DNA of 54,241 bases, filler included, from Ionaspis alba (taxonomy: Eukaryota), in assembly GCA_964255285.1 (NCBI GenBank). It is 3 parts of 3 records of this genome, joined end to end, with 100 filler letters (N's around TTAATTAATTAA, not from the genome) between each part and the next. Parts side by side here need not be neighbours in the genome. Positions count along the whole stretch, not along the records: positions 36,264 to 54,241 come from CAXUUL010000301.1; 2 more parts are not named here. The stretch is one strand, 5' to 3'. The notes beneath the pieces are model-generated. The model was not told where the DNA came from and did not search any database. It worked only from the letters and a program-made list of their open reading frames with translations. This document shows, piece by piece, positions 46,596-54,241 of the stretch. A program made the translations under genes and the position numbers. Each line of letters starts with the position of its first letter. The stretch's first letter is position 1.

Positions 46596-47689
46596 TGTAG
46601 TGTTTCCAGTTCGGTGTATCTTGGCTATGCGAAGATGTAGAACTTCAACGACTTTTTGGAACGGCTAACGAGAAGTAAGAGACCTGGTTGAATTACGAAG
46701 ATCTTCGATTGGGATTCCGATTATAGATTATATGCACGTACTCCGTATAACCGTGCGCTGGTTCGAGGGCTGCTGTTACAGCCTTCAAGATACAGCGCTA
46801 TACTGTATAGCAACATCCACTTAACCGCATGAGGGAGAGAGAGTGATGATACTAGTACAGGGGAGTGGGATTAACGCTGAGCAGATTTCTAATCAAGCCG
46901 ATGACGACTAACGAATTTCTGCCTGAAAGCCGCAGGGATCAGCGAGAGTGACCGTAAGAGCGAGATTCCGCGAGCGGTCTGGAAGGAGAAGAAGAGTCAA
47001 CCCATTATTTGGCGATGGCATGGAAGCTCAGTGAATCACATCGTTCTACTGCGACAGCAGCCACTACTTGTCCTTAGGAGTATGTGAACAACGACTAGGA
47101 AACTCTTTGAGACACAGTCAGTCGTCCTGTCACCTACCACAACTTCATTGACGTCGTTGTACCTGGCACTTTGCCCCCGAGGTATCACCCCCACACGTAG
47201 CATTATTCTCAACAGTCAGCATCTTGCATATAGCAGTCTGCCAAACGTGTCATTCTTCGGCCATTGACCTTGCCTCTAATACAGCCTATTCATACTATCC
47301 GGTCGGAAGCATCCATCCATTCCTCTGGTGTCGTGGAGGCTAGTCCGTCAATTCTAGCGCGAGACCGCCCACTATCCTATCCCGCATCTTACTCCTCCTC
47401 CATATACTACTGTCCTATTATCGATCTAATCACTACTGTTAATTCTTCAACTTTCAAAATATCGTCAACGACACGAAGGACAATCTTATCTTTGCTGAAG
47501 CCGATTCCATAGTCCTGCTACCAACAGTTCCAACCTGATTCGACGCTGCGGGGTTACCGCTATTAACCGGATATTAAGAGTTTGCCCAACTGTTCGCGAA
47601 GTCCGAGTCGTTCAAGTTCCCGTCTTTCTCCCTACGAAAGGTCGTCTCGTTATCAATTCATTGCGGTGACACCTCATACTATCGACCAG

Positions 47690-49786
47690 ATGGCGGCTCC
47701 CGATCTCGACGAGAATACTACCTTTGATCCAGAACTTTATTTGTCACCGACCGAACAAGATCTGCTTCTCACTGCCTTACAATCCAACACACCGAACAGC
47801 GCGTCCTATCCAAGCATGAAAGCTGTCGCCAAGCCTAACCAGTCTCGCCAGAATAGCAATTCACTACAACAGCAGGTCATTACACACGCTTCTAGTGGCA
47901 ACAATTTCTATGCTTCGCCTGTTCAACAGACCCCAGGTTCTGGAACTTTTGGGTCCGGAAACATGAGCTTCGATGGGAGTCCCTTCCTCGACTACGACTT
48001 AGACGAAGGAAACTTTGACTGGGATATCCGCGGAGAACAAATGATCGGAAATCTACCTGGCGCGTCTACTTCAGCAGATGATGAGGATGGGGACCTTCAC
48101 GATAAGAGGAAGAACCCTGGTGATGAAGATGCGGACGATGATGATGGTGGTGGAAAGCGACGTGAGGGCGATGACAAAACGGGAAAGAAACCTGGTCGAA
48201 AGCCATTGACATCTGAGCCAACTTCGGTTAGTTGTTCTCTTTGTGCCTTGCCCTTGAGTGGTATGTTAATATCGTCATCCAGAAACGCAAGGCACAGAAC
48301 CGTGCAGCTCAAAGGGCGTTTAGGGAGCGCAAGGAGAGGCATCTGAAGGAATTGGAAACAAAGGTGGAAGACCTGGAGAAGGCATCTGAGTCGGCCAACC
48401 ATGAAAATGGTCTTCTTCGCGCTCAGGTCGATCGGCTCCAGACGGAATTGAAGGAGTATCGCAAAAGACTGTCGTTGAACAACAGTACTGTCAGTCGTTC
48501 TCCACCACAGACGATGGGGCAATCTATGTCGTCCAAGGCGAACTGGGATATCAACAATAATTTCCAATTCGAATTCCCAACATTCGGAGCAGAGAAGGAC
48601 ACCCGCGCTGCAAAATTCTGGCCGAATAAACGGCCCACGACTTATAATGATGGCATCCTCCGCCAGAACTCGTACAAGAACTCTAGCCCGAAAACGACGA
48701 CCAGTCCTACTCGAGCACCAAGTCAGCCCAAGGCCACCGAAAGCACCACTCTCAATACTACTATTCAGTCCAGTGGTCTTTTCAGTCCTTCATTACTTCA
48801 AAACGCTGGGCGTCAAGGATCGGCTGATTACGTGTCTTTCACAACCAGTCCCACTGCCAATCCGCGCAGCAAGTCTGGCAGTGCTGATATAACCGCACAA
48901 AATGTAAATGGGGGAACATCAGACTACACCACAGCATCACCATCCATTTCTTCGATTTCTCAGAACGGTTTATCGTCATGCGCGACCACACCTGAGCAAT
49001 CTGCTGGATCTCCCGAGCACCGCAAAGGCAGCGACCCTGCAATTCAATCCATTGAAGGTGAGAAAGCCTTTTGCAAGGAGTTTCAGACAGCTTGCGGGAA
49101 TAAAGAGAACCCGGTTCCCCCAATGATGTCGTCCATTTCTAACGAGACATCAGCCCGTACTACTGTCGCAAAGCCATTTTGGACCGACTTCCAAGGTATC
49201 GATTGGTTAGCCAGCCAGAATGGTGGAGCATTCGATCCCGTCCTCTTTGGCGACTACAGAGACCCTCAGGAGACGATTATGAATGCCGACTTTGGCGGTT
49301 TCTTCAACGATGCCTTTCCCATACCAGATTTCAGCAGTCCTCTGACAACCCCGCATGAGACAAACTTGCCTCGCAAGAAGGACTTGATGCAGGAGATTGA
49401 AGATCAACAGGAAGGAAAGGAGTCTGAGGTCGTGGTCCCGGCAGACGCCCCCAAACAATTCTTGACCTGTAATATGCTATGGTCAGTATTCTTTTTTTGT
49501 CCCTTTTTTCTACCCATGTTTATCGTGTGACCACACATCACTCCATTCACACCATTGAGCAAACATTACAATTCAGAATGCTTCTAGGCTAACATCACAT
49601 AGGGATCGCGTTCAAAGATCGGAAAGGGTTCAGTCCGGGGAAGCAGACATGGATGATCTCTGCTCGCAGCTCAAGTCCAAGGCTAAGTGCTCAGGTTCTG
49701 GAGCCGTAATCGATCAGAAGGACGTCGATGCAATCCTAGGCCCAGCGCCTAACTCAGAGAAAGATGTACTGAAGATGTTCACTTAA
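47690..49786 (+). CDS. YAP1: AP-1-like redox-regulated bZIP transcription factor (Yap1/Pap1/NapA)
   Basis: Exons 47690-48226, 48283-49481 and 49603-49786. bZIP KRKAQNRAAQRAFRERKERHLKELE; n-CRD-like FCKEFQTACG; FDPVLFGDYRDPQ; c-CRD LTCNMLWDR...DDLCSQLKSKAKCSGSG. Confidence 0.95.
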
Positions 49787-50328
49787 GCTCTTTACTGGAA
49801 TGTGGAACTCCTCATGGACCATTTAACAAAATGTGATTGCATCACTGAACTTGTCTTATGAGCGAATTCGGGCTGGATGGCGTGACGGCGTGGATGACTA
49901 TTTCAAACATGATATGTCTTGCAATCTTTTGGAGGCTCCTACTTGCTAGGCCTGGTAAAGTGTTGTGGGTATTTGTAGGTAGTTGAGGTTATGAAATTTG
50001 TAGGGACAAAATAGCAAATTCTCAAATAAAAATGCAGGATGTTTAGTTGTGCACGAAGCTCAAGTGAGTTCAAGAGTTCTGCTAATAGTAACATGAATAG
50101 CGAAGGTCATTATACTGGCATGACTTGATCATCTGCACTATCAATTGTTCCTTTGATCTCCGACTTCTCTGCTGCAATTGAACTGCTCATCCTACAACCC
50201 TCGACACGAATTTCCCAAACTCTCTAATTCCTAAAGGCTATTTTACCCGAGCATACAGCATTTCTAAAGAACTGTACTCACATCGACCGGCCCGCTACTT
50301 TACATCACATTCTCTTTTACTTCCTTCG

Positions 50329-52310
50329 ATGGCAAAGACGAAATTGATAGCCCCCAAATCCCTCGCTGAACAAATCGCCGATCTCGAAGACCCGGCGCCA
50401 CGAGGTAGGGGTCTCACGCAATACGTTTGGAGACTCCTAAGACGAGAGATTCCTGACTAACGTATTCGGAGCAGATATCGATCCGGAGGATCCCCATGAT
50501 GTATTGGACAACAATAGTCAAGATGAGGAGGCTAGCAGTGGAGACGACAGACGGGTAGAGAACGAAGGGAAAAGGTCACACTACGTCGACGTCGGGTTAT
50601 TATGTCCCATTAAATCTGTGATGCTCGCGTAAGATGTTAACAAAGTGTTACAGGAAAAGTGAGCTGCGCAAGCCAAGCCAGCCGCCTCTTGGACCTAAGT
50701 ATTCTGGGACTAGAACCAGTCGAATTTCGCTCCTGGAGGGCAGTGGAACATCTGAGCTGAACGAGGAGCGTGAGGAAGGACCAGAGAATACCGTGTATCA
50801 AGGCGATAACAAAGCAAAGGAAGTCTTCGAGTTCGCGGATCCCGACGAGGTGCATATGGACCTAGATGCAGAGCAAGGAGATACCGATGAGGACATTGAC
50901 AGTGACGAGGCATTTGGGGAAGGAGACGAGGAGGCGTTCGAAGAGTTTACATTCAGGGGCAGTGGAAGGTCAAGGTCTGGAAAAATTGCTCCAAACAGAA
51001 ATCTGGATATTCAAGATGACGAGAACATGATATCAGACGACGGTGATACCAGACAGGAGGAGAAAGCTCAGACCAATAGGGGAATGAGCTCTGTCTCCGA
51101 AGACTCGGCCTATGAGAGCGATGATGCCATATCTTATGATAGACTGGGCTCTGACGAGAACCGTGACGATGGCAGTCTCAGCAGATCTTCTGTTTCGTCA
51201 GGCGTGCTGCAAGACCAACGTGCTACTCTTCGCAAGATGATGGCTACGGAAAGTGCCACAGTAGCCGCCAGCATATCGCAGGCGACTAAGTCGGACATCG
51301 CCAAAGGCCGTGCGGTGCAGTACCAGCGCTCAACCTACGACGTCCTCCTCGATACACGAATTCGGCTGCAAAAGGCTTTGATAGCTACTAACACTTTCCT
51401 AATGCTCCCTTCTCAATCTGTCAAACAGCCTTCGACCGACGACATCGCCTCAATCGCCGCTGCCGAGAACGCAGCTTTGAATCTTTTCAATTCTCTGACT
51501 TCCCTTCGCGCAGCACTTCCCTCTTCCCAACGATCAGGTAAAGAGACAACCAGTGCCTCGCCTTCTGCTTCAACCGTCACACCTCTGACAACACTCCAAG
51601 CCACAATCTCTGCCATTGACAACAATACACTTCCCACCCACCGAGGAACTCTCACCAAATGGGCCCAGAAAACTCAACCTACCGCCATCCTCACCCCAAG
51701 AAACAAATTTGCGAACACTTCCTCCCCACAATCTCTACTCAGTATTCTCGATGCGCAGCTGGCTGGTCCAGGTATGGAACATCTGATTGCAAAGACTACT
51801 GTCCCGAGAAGTTGTGCTCCACTACAGGCGCAGCAAGAAGCTGGGGGAGGAGAAAGGAAACACACCCGTGTAGGTGAAGAGGAGATCCGAGAACAGTCTG
51901 ATGTCTTCGACGATGCCGACTTCTACGCTGCCCTCCTTCGGGAACTTGTCGAGCGCAAAATGGGTGACTCAAAAGTCCTCCAGCCTCTCCACAACGGCGT
52001 TAGTAAAGGCGTTGGAAATTCCACTCGTAGTCCACTAGGTGATGGCATTTCTCTCCATGGCCTCAGAAAAGAGGCGAGGGTCAAGAAAAAGGTCGATACT
52101 AAGGCATCCAAGGGAAGGAAGATCCGATATACAGTACACGAGAAGCTGCAAAATTTCATGGCAAGGGAGGAGAAGGGTGGATGGGGAGATAGACAGGTCG
52201 ATGAGTTCTTTGGAGGGTTGCTTGGGAAGAAAATCGGGCTAGGCGAAGAGAAGGTTAGTGATGACGAGAGCGCTGGAGAGGAGGGACTGAGATTATTTGG
52301 AGGGCATTAG
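50329..52310 (+). CDS. BFR2: rRNA-processing protein Bfr2/AATF
   Basis: Exons 50329-50404, 50475-50595 and 50654-52310 (617 aa). Motifs KGRAVQYQRSTYDVLLDTRIRLQKAL, FDDADFYAALLRELVE and VDTKASKGRKIRYTVHEKLQNFMA. Confidence 0.93.
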
Positions 52311-52426
52311 AATAATTACTTTGTGATACAGTTATGCCCATAATGTATACCAACTTCGAGATTTTTAGTGTCTGTGCTATGTTGTACAATTCTGGTTCTA
52401 CCACATTTCGAATGATTGACAGACTA

Positions 52427-54130
52427 TCAATTCTCCTCCAAGCTTTCCTGTGTGAGGCTGAAGGGTGGAGGATGCGGTATGGTGAAATTTATCAGGCTCT
52501 CCGGAAGCAGCTGACTCTCCGTCAATGACTTCTCATCCCAGACTGGTCCACATCCGATTCTGCTACCAACAGGTGAGGAGGACAACGGTAGCGACGGGAG
52601 AGATGTTCGGTTTCTACGGGCCTTCGTAGGTGATTGCAGAACTTGAATCTGCGACGAGTGGATCGGTGTTCGTCGTAGAGGTGGCGATATTTGGGTGACG
52701 TCTACTGTGGTGGCTTGTGAGGATGGGATAGTTTCTGAACGATGCTGAGGACGAGGTGGTGTGGATCCATGCTGAACAAGGTCATTTTGTGGCAGTCCGG
52801 TTTCGTCTTCTGGTCGTGATGGAGAGAAGATACGCCACGCGTCCTCGAACTGAGATTCCGTCTCCAACACAGGACGATAAGGTGCCTGGGTGAGGTGGAG
52901 TAGGTCCGCTGCCAGCTGAGCGGAGGCTTGTTCGGATTCAGATCTTAGATTCCGAGGTGTCTTTAGAGGCGAATGGTGTAGCGCAGCGTCGATGGAATCT
53001 CCTTGACTGCTGGGTATTCGATCTATACCATCGCGAGTGGTCAGTTCCTTCTTGTTGTGAGTGCCTGAAGATCCAACGTTGATTGATCCCGAGGAAATCG
53101 AGCGAGCGTGCAACCCACGCAAGGTGGAAGCTTTGTCTGATGGCTCGTCATTCCGATGCAATGACTCTGATATTACGTTATCGACTCCAGAGGAAGGTGC
53201 ATTGGAAATATCGAACGCAGCTTGAACAGCATACCCGATTCCGAAATCGTTGTCCTCCAAATCGGCCTCGTCTTCTTCGTTGTCCGAATCCTGTATCTCT
53301 TCCTTCCTACCAATTTTACCATGCGCGTTGTGCGCTGAAGGGGAGAGACCTGTCTGCTCATCTTTTCCGCCCACGCGAACCCTAGGTCGAGGGCCGGGGA
53401 ATGCTTCTGGGGGGCCATTGTCCACAACTGTTGCTGGAAAATTTGAGTGCTGAGACTTAGGAAATCTGTGGCTTTCCCTGTGTTCGTAATCAAAGGAATC
53501 CTCAATCTCAAGTTTTGGAACCAGTCGGGCCACGCTCACGGCGCTCGGAGAAGTATGTAGCCTTCGTCGGATGTTGCCAGATTTGGTCTTTAAAGGTGAC
53601 CGGGAGACATTTCGGCCGGACCTCCTACTCTGTGTTGAAGGTGGTGTGTCTGTCGGTGACTGGGATGACGGTATCTCGGTCTTTCTCAAAATTTTCGGAG
53701 TCTTGGGCGATTGAATAGGTATTATTTGTAGACTTTCGACTGGTGGATGAACAGATTCCATCGAAGCGGCCAGACACTGAAGAGAACCCTCACATCTGTC
53801 GCCTCCCTGTTGTTCCTCATGCTTGAGGCCTCGCCGTCTTGCCGACCTCGTCTGCACAGTGGCAGTGAGTGGTACATCAGGAGTCACTTTTCGTCTTTTC
53901 CTCTCCTGAGGAGCATCGTCATGCATATTAGGTAGGTTAACGTTTTCCGCGTCGAGCGACACACGAGAGATATAATTGATTTGAGTCAATGTCTGCTGTC
54001 TCTTCCGGACTGTGGATAACGGAGTATGTCTCTTAGAAGTTGTTCGATTTTGAGGCGTCAGATATGTTTGTCTAGATCGATCAATAGCTTCATGTTGTCG
54101 AGTTCTCGACGACCTCTTTGTACGAGGCAT
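52427..54130 (-). CDS. Uncharacterised, mostly disordered SQ/TQ-rich protein (567 aa)
   Basis: Intronless ORF from MPRTKRSS, with basic NLS-like tracts (ERKRRK), an acidic patch and about 12 S/T-Q motifs. Confidence 0.8.
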   Translation of the reverse strand: MPRTKRSSRTRQHEAIDRSRQTYLTPQNRTTSKRHTPLSTVRKRQQTLTQINYISRVSLDAENVNLPNMHDDAPQERKRRKVTPDVPLTATVQTRSARRRGLKHEEQQGGDRCEGSLQCLAASMESVHPPVESLQIIPIQSPKTPKILRKTEIPSSQSPTDTPPSTQSRRSGRNVSRSPLKTKSGNIRRRLHTSPSAVSVARLVPKLEIEDSFDYEHRESHRFPKSQHSNFPATVVDNGPPEAFPGPRPRVRVGGKDEQTGLSPSAHNAHGKIGRKEEIQDSDNEEDEADLEDNDFGIGYAVQAAFDISNAPSSGVDNVISESLHRNDEPSDKASTLRGLHARSISSGSINVGSSGTHNKKELTTRDGIDRIPSSQGDSIDAALHHSPLKTPRNLRSESEQASAQLAADLLHLTQAPYRPVLETESQFEDAWRIFSPSRPEDETGLPQNDLVQHGSTPPRPQHRSETIPSSQATTVDVTQISPPLRRTPIHSSQIQVLQSPTKARRNRTSLPSLPLSSSPVGSRIGCGPVWDEKSLTESQLLPESLINFTIPHPPPFSLTQESLEEN

Positions 54131-54196
54131 CTCGAGACCTGTTCTCTTCTGGTGTACCGAGTACGTCAATCGCAGTGATGATTGTCCAGAAGCCCG

Positions 54197-54210
54197 ACGC
54201 GTTCACGCGC
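54197..54210. promoter_or_regulatory. MCB-like element pair (ACGCGT + ACGCGC)
   Basis: Begins 67 bp upstream of ATG 54130; the same pair lies upstream of NSE2 at 40392-40409. Confidence 0.45.
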
Positions 54211-54241
54211 CGTCTCGAAGTCAAATGTACCGAGGCCGACC

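Noticed and set aside
50109..50130. ATTATACTGGCATGACTTGATC resembles part of a fungal TPP riboswitch
   Set aside because: It lacks the upstream CTGAGA and the downstream TAAT...AGCG core, and it is not in a thiamine-related gene.

Overview
Gene-dense nuclear DNA from a filamentous ascomycete (Pezizomycotina), with short GT-AG introns and CTRAC/CTRAT-type branch points. The window is stitched from four contigs: a 100-N gap at 10845-10944 and two N-TTAATTAATTAA-N spacers at 18074-18173 and 36164-36263. From about 6.8 kb onward it is mostly housekeeping genes: HIS1, RPS28, an amino-acid permease, an Hrt3/FBXO9-like F-box protein, two mitochondrial carriers, a KAR9-domain protein, an acylphosphatase, DOP1, NSE2/MMS21, DBF4, MED7, SPF30, YAP1 and BFR2, plus several conserved unknowns. 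Several of these are intron-split and are missing or fragmented in the ORF track; I rebuilt them by hand. The first ~6.8 kb looks accessory: a secreted tandem-repeat protein running off the left edge, decayed ORF relics and an MFS transporter. I found no CRISPR array, tRNA/rRNA gene or intact transposon, and no complete novel system I can support. The best leads are (i) the secreted repeat precursor with dibasic sites, (ii) an unknown SQ/TQ-cluster protein with MCB-like promoter elements, and (iii) a four-Cys matrix loop in the SLC25A39/MTM1-type carrier. All family calls come from recognising motifs by eye; no database search was run.
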